A stretch of 32,000 nucleotides of DNA from Zygophlyctis sp. KS116 (GCA_054661495.1 BAAFSQ010000044.1:1-32000), one strand, 5' to 3'. Positions 12,254-23,637 are shown, counted from the first letter of the stretch. Made by a program: numbers and translations. Notes: generated by a model not told the origin, from the sequence alone.

Positions 12254-12413
12254 CTAGTCTTCTTTCGGGAATTATGAATGATATCATGATCTCCTATTGA
12301 TCCGCTCTACGATTGATTATCCTGAAATTTAAGTATGAATCATGACTTAAGAATCTAAAATATCGGACATGAATCAACAATGCATCGTCCGTAGGTGTTT
12401 AGATAGGTTGTCA

Positions 12414-13720
12414 ATGTCACTATCGTCAAAATTGGGATTAGCTTCTCTTGATGTATCGGGAAAGAGAGTATTAATTAGAGTGGATTTTAATGTTCCTTTC
12501 AACGCTGATGGAACTATTTCAAATAACCAGAGAATGGTTGCAGCGCTTCCAACTATTAAATATGCACTGGAAAATGGGGCGAAATCAGTTGTTTTAATGT
12601 CTCATTTGGGACGTCCGGATGGTCAGATCAATAAGAAATACTCTTTAGCTCCGGTTGCAAAAGAGTTGGAAAAACTTTTGGAAAAACCGGTTACGTTTTT
12701 GAATGATTGTGTCGGGACGCAAGTGGAATCTACTTGTCAAACAGCTAAAGATGGACAAGTTATCCTATTGGAAAACTTGTATTTTTTTAATTTATAAATT
12801 AGTTAGGAGATTTCATATGGAAGAAGAAGGATCAGTCAAGGGGAAAGACGGATCTAAAACTAAGGCAAGTAAGGAAGATTTGGAAAAATTTAGAAGTTCT
12901 TTATCTAAATTGGGAGATATTTACGTAAATGATGCGTTTGGTACTGCTCATCGTGCTCATTCTTCAATGGTTGGGATAGATTTACAGACTAAAGCGGCTG
13001 GATTTTTAATGAAGAAAGAACTGGATTTCTTTTCTAAAGCTTTAGAATCACCAGAAAGACCATTTTTAGCTATTCTGGGAGGTGCAAAAGTTTCAGACAA
13101 GATTCAATTGATTGAAAATTTACTTGACAAAGTCGACAAGGCTATTATTTGTGGTGGAATGGCTTTTACATTTTTGAAAGCCATTGAAGGAGTGTCAATT
13201 GGAAATTCTTTATTCGATGAAGAAGGTGCAAAGATTGCTCAACAGTTGATTGATAAGGCAAAAGCTAAAGGTGTTCAATTTTATCTTCCAAATGATTTTA
13301 TTACTGGTAATTTTCTAGATTTAAAGTTTAGCTGATAAATTTGATGCAAATGCTAATACTGGATATGCAACAAAAGAAGACGGAATTCCAAATGGATGGA
13401 TGGGTCTAGATTGTGGTAAAAAATCTAATGAAATGTTTAAAGACGCTGTTCTCTCTTCAAAGACTATTTTATGGAATGGTCCTGCTGGTGTTTTTGAATT
13501 TGAAAAGTTTTCTTCAGGTACAACATCTCTTTTGGAAGCTTGTGCTGAAGCATCTAAAAATGGTGCTATTACAATTGTCGGTGGTGGTGATACTGCCACT
13601 GCTGTTGCACAAGCAGGTAGAGAAGCAGATTTTTCTCATGTATCTACTGGTGGTGGAGCTAGTTTAGAGCTTCTCGAAGGAAAAGAATTACCAGGCGTGA
13701 CTGCATTGTCTAGTAAATAG
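12414..13720 (+). CDS. PGK1: phosphoglycerate kinase, 3 exons
   Basis: MSLSSKL...[18 protein letters not shown]|[34 protein letters not shown] and [14 protein letters not shown]. Introns 12779-12806 and 13307-13331. An in-frame upstream ATG lies at 12369. Confidence 0.98.
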
Positions 13721-13800
13721 GAATAAATCAAGGATTGATTTGGAACGAATCTATACTTAGCGTTACAAAAGAGTGAGGTTGAGGTTATCGAGTATTTAAA

Positions 13801-14608
<808 letters not shown>

Positions 14609-14615
14609 TAGATTT

Positions 14616-16914
14616 TTAAATCTTTTTAAGTAGATTTTCCTGTGATACGGTTAAAGTAGTCTCTCTGCGATTAGATAAAATATTTTCAGCATGAGTTTTT
14701 TCATGAATCAAGAGCTTTCTTGCTGATCTTTGCCATTCATCAAAGAATACTCTATTTTTAAGTTTAATGCAATCTTACTGAATGCTAGCTTTCATTTCCA
14801 AGTCAATCGCATCTATTTCAGCTGAGTCCCTGAGCAAGATCTTATTAAACGAACTCACCTATGCGTAAATTTCTATTTAATTACCTCATGGTTAAGAATT
14901 TGGAATTCGTGATCAATGTTTTCATTCATATGTGCTTCTGGTTGGCCACTTATTACTAGTAAATTAACCATCCAACTTATAACAGAATTATGTATTTTTT
15001 GATTTTCTAAAAAGATTAAATGTAGGATAATTACCTTCATTTCTAATGTCTGTTTCTGTATTTATTTGGTCTGTTAAATTTGAGAGCCAATTTTCAACAT
15101 GAAGAGGAATCTTTTGCTGTTCCTTCTCCGTGGTGTTGGACAATATATCTATAATTTAGATTGATTTTATTACTTGATAGAGAAGTGATTTGATCGGTCC
15201 ATGCTCCTAAACAATCTCGAAGTTGTGCTCTTTCAGAGGCTGGTAACGGCCTGTCTTTTTCCCGTATACTATATGATGAATACCTGTCTTCGACTTGATT
15301 TTGTAATCCAATGATTTGACTTGCGACACCATCATCCCCAGAAATACGCTTTTCAATTTTCAGTAACCACTCCTCAATTTCCATTGATATTTTTCCTAGC
15401 ATTGCAGCCATTGGTGAATAATCTTTTCCATTCACATTTTTCTGATTTCTTTTGATATTAGAAAATGCCACATCTATCCAATTATCCGTCAGATTTCTTA
15501 TTTGAGTAATCGTATCTTGAATCATTACATCTTTATCCGAAGTAAATCTAGCAGATATCATTGAAAAATCATCAGCCCAGCGACCGATCAGCTCAGTTAT
15601 ACTTTTTACATCATGAATATGAAAGGCAATTAATAGTGGATGATTAGCTTCTACAGCATCCACAGGCTCGTTTACGGAAATATTCTTATTTAGCATTTTC
15701 ATTTCCCGTTGAATCTTTGCCAAGATCTCCATATTAATATGATCTTCTTCTACAACTGATTGAGAAAGATTAATCATGCGGCTTCTCCAAAGCTCAATTT
15801 TTTTTTCTACATTGTCAATGTCTGCATTGTTCGTATCATTTATCAGCACAATCATTCTATTTAGTTGTGCAACTCTGTTATTTTCTTGCTTTTGAATATC
15901 TATGATTTCCTTTACATCCTGCTCTTTCCCAATTCTAAAAGCCAGACTAATAGACGCATCAATCCAAATCCTCTTTTCCTGCTCTGAAACTCTCAAAGCC
16001 TCTTCCAATCGATCTCTTTGCATTCTGTATAATTTATGATATTCTTCTAAAATTTCATCTGTATTGTCCGATTGAGTCAAGACCGCAACAAGTTTTTCGT
16101 GCGCCTCTTGAGCCTTTTGAGTTATGTCAGCATCATGTTTTTTAACAAAATTCAGCTCATTCAGTAATATACGAACTGCCTCCTTTGCCCTTACTAATTC
16201 TTCAGAGAGCCTCTTATTCAACTTTCTTTGCGCCACTAATTCTGTATGCAAATGTTTGACATGTCTTGGAATTTTCAAAAACATTGCTGAATATCTTTTT
16301 CTAATTTCAGACAAGAGATCGCCTCTTTCAGTCATATTAATAGTAACTTGGCGAATGATCTCTTCAAACACTGAGTCGTAAACTTTTTGTTCCTCTTCAA
16401 TCAGTGCTAAAAACGAATGCATTTCTGAAGGATATGGTGTATTAGTATCTGCACCTATTTCCTGTAAGAGTTTAATCGCTGCAGACTTCAACATTGTCAC
16501 TTCTCTTCTGGTAATTTTCGAATTTGGAATATCTGAATCCTAACTATTAAAAAATCAATGATTGAAGATAAAAATATCTAGATCATTTACCTTTTTTACA
16601 GTCACCATTCTTAAAGTATTGGCATCAAAATCGGGTGGACCTTCTTCTATAAACTTTGCCGGATCAACAGGTTGCCTTTCTGAATTCTGCTCTTCCTTTT
16701 CTAAAGCTGGTAATGGTGGTTCATACAAGAATGTTAATGATTCAGATTTTGCCGGAGTCTTTGAAAGGTCATTTTCACTAGATTCACCAACTCTTATCAG
16801 TTGATTTCCTCTACTGAATCCCGATGACATTGATTTCCTATTTATCGCTGATGTTCTCCTATGAGACAACTTGGACACATCTTTTAATAATGATTTTGGG
16901 ACAAATGAATCCAT
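14616..16914 (-). CDS. AXDND1: axonemal dynein light chain domain-containing coiled-coil protein, 6 exons
   Basis: TRREVTML...EEQKVYDSVFEEIIRQVTINMTERGDLLSEIR (Ax_dynein_light-like) and EYHKLYRMQRDRLE. Introns include 16540-16590 (51 nt), 15007-15034 and 14752-14778. Confidence 0.78.
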
Positions 16915-17152
16915 TTTATTACTTAAACTGGGACAGTACTACTACGCTCAATTATGATGACGTTTCGTTATCCTGATATACAGCAACGTCCAATGAGACT
17001 TTAGATGCTTCTAGCATTTTAATCCATCCTATAATTAATCTTGATGCGAAATCAATAAATTCAATGTCTACTTTACTTACGACTCACAAGAAATTGTAAA
17101 CTTCCAGCAGAATCAAACTCTGATTTATTTTCTTCATTCCTTAAAGACTTTA

Positions 17153-18119
17153 TCATTTAGATTTCTTTAGATCTGAATAGTTTTCAAGCCTCTTTATAAA
17201 AGCCATGTCCTTGATCCTTTTTTGTAACTCTCTAGCCTTTGAAGGACTGTTAAATGGTTCATAGATCCATGTATACCATTTCTGATTCTCCACAGAAATT
17301 GCAGTATTTAAATGATAGAGTTCAGCCATTGATGATGAAATTGGTTTTTGTTTTACATTCCAAATTGAAGTTATAGAAGAGACTGCCATTAGTCCTGATA
17401 ATCCCATACTCCTCAACATCATAATTCTTTCTCCAGTTGTTAAAAAAGGATAGAAAAATCCATTCAAAGGATCTCCATTAGACACTAATAGCCACAATTC
17501 CATTCCAATTTGAAAGAGTAAAATAAAATATCTCCAATATTTCTGATCATTTGAATGAAAGAAATCCATAAAAAAAATCATAACACATGAGACTCCATGA
17601 TAAGCAACAAAATTCAAAAGACCATGTCTCATAAAATCCTGTTTTGTTTTGCAATTATTACAATCCAAAATCCCATCAGAGAGTTTTTCTAATTTTTAAT
17701 ACTTGTAAAATACCATAAGCGAAATTTGTATTCTTATTTGAAAGAACTTCATATGCTTTCCTGATTGAAATATACTTTTCATGATATAAATCTTTTTGGA
17801 TTTCAGACAAGTGTCCATTCTTATCAGGATGATATTTTAAAGATAGAGATCGATAATTTACCTTTAAATCTCTAGACTTGAAATCTATCGGTACATTTAA
17901 AACCGAATAGAAATTTGGTCCGATTGAATTCTGGGCTTGAATTACAGTGAATGCAAAGTAACTAAAGATCATACATGAAAAGATGACGGCTTGATGCATC
18001 CTCTGTTTTGCAGGGATTGGAGATCCAGTGATTTTGTAAAGCATCATCTGAAATACCGAAGTCAATGCTCCTGGTATAAAAGACCATAATATAGTAGTAA
18101 TGATCATATCAATCTTCAT
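17153..18119 (-). CDS. membrane-associated DnaJ-domain protein, 2 exons
   Basis: Two N-terminal TM segments, J-domain NFYSVLNV...YRSLSLKYHPDK...AYEVL, CNNC and further TM segments. Intron 17689-17713. Confidence 0.85.
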
Positions 18120-18330
18120 TTTTTAAATTTGAATCGCCACCTGCCGTTTAAATTTTAGAGGTAAGTAGTAGTTTTCGTTTTGGATGATATTTATTATAAG
18201 CTGATTCTAGATGACAACTATGGCAGTTATGACAAGTGCATCACTACTGTATCAATGCAGCGGAATACATCAATCGCAAGTCGCTCGGTCGGTCGTCGGT
18301 ATGCCCGCGCTCTTCTAAGTAAATTCCGCA

Positions 18331-19610
18331 ATGGACAAACCATTCAAGAATATTATTATCCACCAAAACTCTAAAATAGCATTCTCTAAAAATTGTAAAA
18401 ACTTCATCTTAATATTAGATTCTGGTAATGCACTTGATGCCAACACTATGGCTGTATTTACTGCAATGCTCCAAGGATTTGGTTCTTCTCTAGGACAGGA
18501 ATTGACTTTTGTAAATATTGGACATGACAAGATAAGTTTTAAGAAACTGAGAGAATACTCTATTCTTTTACATTATGATGCTCGCGTCGGTGAAACTGCA
18601 GCCGTTGGAATTGTAAAGGAAATCAGCAATTTATTAGAGGTAATTCCATAATTTTAGATTGATTACATTCTCAAACAAAATGCCTAATCAATAGTTTGTA
18701 TTTGGGCCTTTTGAATTTTGGAATTCAAATACTTTTGACTTGAAGGGACTCTCAGATTTATTCAATAATTTCTTAAAAGTACAGATTGATCCTTCAAATC
18801 TTGTAGGAGGAATGTCAAAGGTAATTTCAGGATTTTTAAAAGATCTAATTCTAGATTTTGATTCCATCAGCAATTTCTGAACAAGTAGAGTCTTTACTAA
18901 AGACTTTGGAGAGTTCAGAGACAATTCTTTCAAATTCAACAATTCTTCTCCTTGGAAATTCTATACTTTATTCTAGATACAGAAATCATGACTCTAGAAT
19001 GATTTTACATTTTGTAAAAGCTAAACCACTTTTAAATACAAATGTGCGATATATTCCAGTCTATCATGGAGGAGCGTGGAGAAATTTATATATTATAAAA
19101 TTAGGAAATTATACTCTAGGACTTTCAACATTGGTAGAGAAACCTTTTGCAGAGATTGTAAAACAAGTGGAAGATTTTAGATTATCATTTACAATGGCGA
19201 GACTAGAAATTCCAACAGAGGTAAAAATTACGAGTTAATTTGTAGGAACCTCCAGTTTTACTTCGACTCTTTGCAAATAGAGATACTTTGGCTTTATTCT
19301 ATCAAAATATTAAAACTGGACAGACTCTATTTCCAAGTTTAAGACCAGGCCCTGAAATTCAACAAAAGGAGATTATCGAGGCTTTCTATACATTTTTTTG
19401 CGGACATTTATCTCTTCCTGGAACCTCAAGTTATACTGTAACAAGAGATGGATATCGCTATTATGGACTGTAAATTCTAAAAATAACTAAAAATTAAGGT
19501 CAAGTGGAGTAGATCGACTTTATGTATTATACGCAGAAAATCTTCCTATTGAATCTTTAGAGCAAAAGTCTCTAGAAATACTAAAAGGAATCAAGAATCT
19601 TTTATTCTAA
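18331..19610 (+). CDS. FUZ/MON1/HPS1-family tri-longin protein (Fuzzy-like)
   Basis: First-longin-like TAMLQGFGSSLGQELTFV...KISFK...LLE|FVFGP and C-terminal GYRYYGL...RLYVLY...LEQKSLEIL. Introns 18640-18694, 18821-18854, 19221-19245, 19470-19498 and probably 18395-18418. Family call is by remembered similarity only. Confidence 0.55.
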
Positions 19611-19939
19611 AAGATCTAGACTCTGTCCCAGTCTCTTTCGATGTCTTATCACTAATTCATCTTTATATTTTTCTGAATGTTCCATGAGTACCATTCTTCC
19701 ATGATCAATGAGTAAAGAGCCTCCAAAACCAAGTACAGCATATAATGCAATCATGTGTGGTTGATGAAATCTACTCCATCCACTCATTCTCTATGCATAA
19801 ATGTTAAATTTTTTACATTCTGAAATCCTCTAGCACAAGCTCCGACTGTCGCTCCTACCGCACCGGACAAGAGTGGATCTAGTGGGGAGGCTGTAGCAGT
19901 ATGGGTTTTCTTTGATGGAATTAGAATCTCAAGTCCCAT
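19602..19939 (-). CDS. small two-TM protein, probable complex I accessory subunit (NDUFC2/B14.5b-like)
   Basis: Spliced (intron 19791-19816) about 103 aa: ...SGAVGATVGACARGFQN|RMSGWSRFHQPHMIALYAVLGFGG..., with a charged C-terminal helix. Confidence 0.55.
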
Positions 19940-20040
19940 AAGTTTTCGTGATTTTTAAAACAATTTTTCCGAGTTTTTTCACACTATTCTTGGTAAAAAA
20001 CAGGTTTGTCAAATTGATTCCTCAAAAACACTTTATATAC

Positions 20041-20382
20041 TTAAATGAATAAAAGAGAAATAAGGCCAAATGATCCTAAAGAAAGGAGAGATCTTGCACT
20101 GGAAACTACTAAATTATTTCCATATGCATCTTTCTTGGTCTGAGAAGTAGAGTTATAGCTAGAGTTTGCTGTGCCAGAAGGTACAGACGGATAGCCTGTA
20201 TGATTGCCATGATGATGAGATCTAGAGCCAGAATGTCCAGACTTATCATCGGGCATAGAATCATGAGAAGATCCATGTTTACTTCTGGCGACAAGATTTG
20301 GTTGGTTGGCCAAAGGATCTGACTTTGCGAGGGCGACAGTAAGTAAGGCAAGAGTAGTAAATAACTTGAGAATTGATGGCAT
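20041..20382 (-). CDS. small secreted His/Ser-rich, probably GPI-anchored protein, copy 1
   Basis: Signal peptide MPSILKLFTTLALLTVALA, His/Ser/Gly-rich core, N-glycosylation sequons (NHT, NSS, NST), SSA followed by a hydrophobic tail. Intronless. Confidence 0.75.
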   Translation of the reverse strand: MPSILKLFTTLALLTVALAKSDPLANQPNLVARSKHGSSHDSMPDDKSGHSGSRSHHHGNHTGYPSVPSGTANSSYNSTSQTKKDAYGNNLVVSSARSLLSLGSFGLISLLFI

Positions 20383-20423
20383 ATTTGAAATTCTTTAAAG
20401 GTCAGATACGGCAGGTACTATGT

Positions 20424-20460
20424 CTATTTTTAGAAATTGGTCCGGATTTTCTATTTTTAG
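20424..20460. promoter_or_regulatory. two MEF2/Rlm1-type boxes CTATTTTTAG (20424-20433, 20451-20460)
   Basis: Exact CTA(W)4TAG twice, 42-78 nt upstream of the ATG. Both boxes are unchanged in the duplicate despite nearby substitutions. Confidence 0.45.
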
Positions 20461-20717
20461 AATATAGTTGAAGTGGTGATAGCAAATCGTAGTAAGAGCT
20501 CTAGTGGCAATCTGATCCATTTGTATAAATGTATTCAAGATCCAGCAAAGTTACGATCAGTTTTTAATACGTTCCACCAGAATGAGTTTTCCACGAATTA
20601 TCATAATCTCAAGATAGTCGTTTCCTTGCATTGTACAAAAAGCAATATTGTATGTCAATAGATTTAATTCTCAATATTGTAGAAATCTCAAAAAACTTTA
20701 TAATTTAAATAAACTTA

Positions 20718-21321
20718 ATGGCTAAATGGGAAATCGGGCCAAAGGAACATAAAGAAAGCGAGTTTTTACAGATCGCACCATACTCGTTAATTCCAGATAC
20801 TTTTCTTCAGCTAGCATTGATATAAAGAGTCAAGATGTGGGCAGCGATAGTAATATGATCAGATATCCCCAATGCAAGACATTTTAGCAGCAATAAATCA
20901 CGATCTTCAAGTGTACCCTGGCTCTCAAGACAATACCAGGACAAGCGAAATGACTACCCCGGCTTCCGGCTTCCAATTTTCCTTTTAAAAAAGAAGCTAA
21001 TCCATTAAAATGAAACCAGTGAAAAACTATTCTGAACTGCTTAATGCTTACAAATGGGTTTATAAAGATCCTTTGGAGGATCTCAATCAGTGGCACACTG
21101 CTCTACACAGATTACAAATCACAGAGGAATATGCGGGACAAGTTTTGAAAATTATGCCCAATATTGTATCAAGGTTAAATATTGGCCTTCCGCCACCTCA
21201 ACATCCAGATTACAAGGATTTAGTTTCCAAACTTGCTAAAGATTTGACTGAATGGATGATATCAGACCGACCAGATGTTTACTGTGGTTTATTAAAGATT
21301 ATTGCTGATGCTGGACTGTGA
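20718..21321 (+). pseudogene. degenerate intronless coding segment between the two repeat copies; intact 103 aa 3' ORF at 21010-21321
   Basis: The MAKWEIGPKEHKES... fragment is broken by stops and frameshifts upstream of MKPVKNYSELLNAYKW...IADAGL*. No family recognised. Confidence 0.35.
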
Positions 21322-21455
21322 TTCTTTGGTGGCGATAAGTGTCTATTGAATAAAATCTGAATTTCTGAAAATCCCAGTTTTCGTAATGTTTTTTCAAACT
21401 TTTCTTGGTAAAAAACAGGTTTGTCAAATTGAATTCTCAAAAACACTTTATATAC

Positions 21456-21797
21456 TTAAATGAATAAAAGAGAAATAAGGCCAAAGGATCCTAAAGAAAG
21501 GAGAGATCTTGCACTGGAAACTACTAAATTATTTCCATATGCATCTTTCTTGGTCTGAGAAGTAGAGTTATAGCTAGAGTTTGCTGTGCCAGAAGGTACA
21601 GACGGATAGCCTGTATGATTGCCATGATGATGAGATCTAGAGCCAGAATGTCCAGACTTATCATCGGGCATAGAATCATGAGAAGATCCATGTTTACTTC
21701 TGGCGACAAGATTTGGTTGGTTGGCCAAAGGATCTGACTTTGCGAGGGCGACAGTAAGTAAGGCAAGAGTAGTAAATAACTTGAGAATTGATGGCAT
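21456..21797 (-). CDS. small secreted His/Ser-rich, probably GPI-anchored protein, copy 2
   Basis: Protein identical to 20041-20382; one synonymous difference seen (Ser TCA vs TCC). Confidence 0.75.
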   Translation of the reverse strand: MPSILKLFTTLALLTVALAKSDPLANQPNLVARSKHGSSHDSMPDDKSGHSGSRSHHHGNHTGYPSVPSGTANSSYNSTSQTKKDAYGNNLVVSSARSLLSLGSFGLISLLFI

Positions 21798-21839
21798 ATT
21801 TGAAATTCTTTACAAGGTCAGATACGGCAGGTACTATTT

Positions 21840-21876
21840 CTATTTTTAGAAATTGGTCCGGATTTTCTATTTTTAG
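21840..21876. promoter_or_regulatory. two MEF2/Rlm1-type boxes CTATTTTTAG (21840-21849, 21867-21876)
   Basis: Same pair as in copy 1. Confidence 0.45.
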
Positions 21877-22076
21877 AATATAGTTGAAGTTGTGATCGCA
21901 AAACGTAGTAAGAGCTCTAGTTGCAATTCGATCCATTTGTATAAATGTATTCAAGATCCAGCAAAGTTACGATCAGTTTTTAATATGATAATTCTCAAAA
22001 ATAAATTAGTGATTAACGATTGAAGACAATCAATTCATTCAGAATCAATTCATGCATGCGCTAAGTATCCGTGGTT

Positions 22077-22643
22077 TCACTTGAGCCCTTTAAATACTGG
22101 CATAACCTTCTTCTCTGCAAATTCAGTTTTTGATTTTTTACAATTTAGAGGCTTCTTGTGATGATTGCCATGTCCGGATTTTTTAGGATTCTTGCCTTTT
22201 TTATGACTCTTGACTTTCTTATGATGTTTGCCTTTTTTATGATTCTTGACTTTTTTATGATTCTTGCCTTTCTTATGCTGTTTGAGTTTTTTGTGGTGTT
22301 TGCCTTTCTTATGATGTTTGACTTTTTTGTGTTGTCCGGATTTCCGATGATGCTCAACATTCTGATCACCCTGTCTATTTCCTGAATATCCAGGTTTCTT
22401 GATGTCAGCATGTTTATCATAATGATCAGGATCAGATTCTGGTTTCTCCTTTTTAGAATCGTAATCTGTCGCTGCATTCTGTCCAGGAATGAATTCAGCT
22501 TTAAATGATTGTAGAGTTGGTAGATTATTATCCAAATTGTAATTTGGCTCCGCTAGTTTTAAGCCATCCATTAAAGGTTCTGACTTTGAATGGGCAAAGA
22601 CCAAAAGTGCGAATATAGTAGCAATCTTGAAGATATATGACAT
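22077..22643 (-). CDS. secreted polycationic His/Lys-repeat protein, distant paralogue of the duplicated gene
   Basis: Signal peptide MSYIFKIATIFALLVFAHS-KSEPL (compare ...VALA-KSDPL), an acidic spacer, then HKKxKx repeats. Likely ATG 22643. Intronless. Confidence 0.75.
   Translation of the reverse strand: MSYIFKIATIFALLVFAHSKSEPLMDGLKLAEPNYNLDNNLPTLQSFKAEFIPGQNAATDYDSKKEKPESDPDHYDKHADIKKPGYSGNRQGDQNVEHHRKSGQHKKVKHHKKGKHHKKLKQHKKGKNHKKVKNHKKGKHHKKVKSHKKGKNPKKSGHGNHHKKPLNCKKSKTEFAEKKVMPVFKGLK
22179..22331 (-). repeat. coding 18 nt tandem repeat (about 8.5 units) with a 36 nt higher-order period
   Basis: HKKVKH HKKGKH HKKLKQ HKKGKN HKKVKN HKKGKH HKKVKS HKKGKN PKK. Confidence 0.9.
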
Positions 22644-22908
22644 ATGCAGATATTTTAATAGACAGTTGCGGCATGCATATTCAATATTCATGCGGTAAGT
22701 CGATTTCAGTTGCGGGTGTCCAAATGTTATGTCCGAATCACTAGTTTAGTACAACAGTCAAAAACCTATATGAGCATGATAATAACTGTGAATGTAGTCT
22801 CCGCTCTCTACGAAAGATGCATCATTATTTTAACAGTCTTTGATCTAATCGTTTATACTTGATCATGGTCCGGACAAGTAGAACGCACAGGGTTGAACAC
22901 TTGGAGAA

Positions 22909-23580
22909 ATGGCTGAATTTGACTGGCATCTTCCACCGTCTGACAAATTCTCTTTTGAAACTATGTTTACTAGATTATCCAACGGAAATGATGAAATTAC
23001 TTGTAAATAACTATTGTTAATATTAGTGAATCAGATGCAGCAAACGATTGAAAATTCTAGGCTTCGAGACGATGAAATTCTATATATTTGGAATCTGATT
23101 AATATTTACAATAGCAGTAGTGTAAACAAGATTCAATTTGTGTATTTCATGCACATTGTAAATTGTAAGAGAAGAGGAAGAGCCTTACCGGACGGACTAC
23201 CGTTGAAAATTAAAGAGGAATTTCTATCAACTGAAAAGGCTGAAAAGGCATTTGTAAGACCGATAGATCATTCTCGATCTTTGGGAGAATCGCTGACTCT
23301 AGAGGAATTGGAAAAGGAATTACAGAGACTTAATAGTGAAATTTCTAGTTTTTCAGGCTCTAAAATCAAGGATAAAAGTTTGGATTTACAGGAATTAAAT
23401 CTACTTTTACAGTATAAAAAAGATCAAATCTCTAAATTAAATCAAGAATTGGAAAATGTAAAAAAAGAATTTGAAAAGATTCAAGATAATAATAATGATG
23501 ACTTAATGGGATTAATTGGGAAATTGCAGGCTGAAAAGGATGATTTAGATAAATATTTAGAGAAAATTAAAGACTCTTAA
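22909..23580 (+). CDS. EH-domain plus coiled-coil endocytic protein (End3-like), 2 exons
   Basis: MAEFDWHLPPSDKFSFETMF...SRLRDDEILYIWNL...QFVYFMHIV...LPDGLP followed by a heptad coiled coil. Intron 23003-23026 (24 nt). Confidence 0.7.
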
Positions 23581-23637
23581 ATAAATCAACGTAAATGTAG
23601 GAAGTTGTTTGGTTAAGTTTCTCTAATAGATGGTAAT

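Larger units (their letters stand above)
19973..20569. repeat. about 600 bp direct repeat, copy 1 (gene plus flanks)
   Basis: Near-identical to 21388-21985 (offset 1415-1416). Confidence 0.93.
21388..21985. repeat. about 600 bp direct repeat, copy 2
   Basis: Near-identical to 19973-20569. Confidence 0.93.

Noticed and set aside
13713-13800. Cryptic PTS1 on PGK, or PGK-TPI fusion by stop readthrough
   Set aside because: Readthrough meets TAA after one codon. Splicing to 13732 or 13760 gives tails without PTS1 (...VTKE*, ...ETGK*). TPI is in another frame with two upstream in-frame TGAs.
18161-18210. GTAAGT...CTAG possible 5' UTR intron, and ORF 18180-18374
   Set aside because: There is no coding constraint to test the intron, and the ORF starts at TTG in promoter-like DNA.
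19973-21985. LTR retroelement or composite transposon
   Set aside because: The repeats contain a cellular-type secreted gene, I saw no TG...CA ends or target-site duplication, and no gag/pol or transposase lies between them.
22145-22477. Alternative-frame ORFs 22145-22477 (-) and 22158-22385 (+)
   Set aside because: By-products of the 18 nt coding repeat. Only the main frame has a signal peptide.
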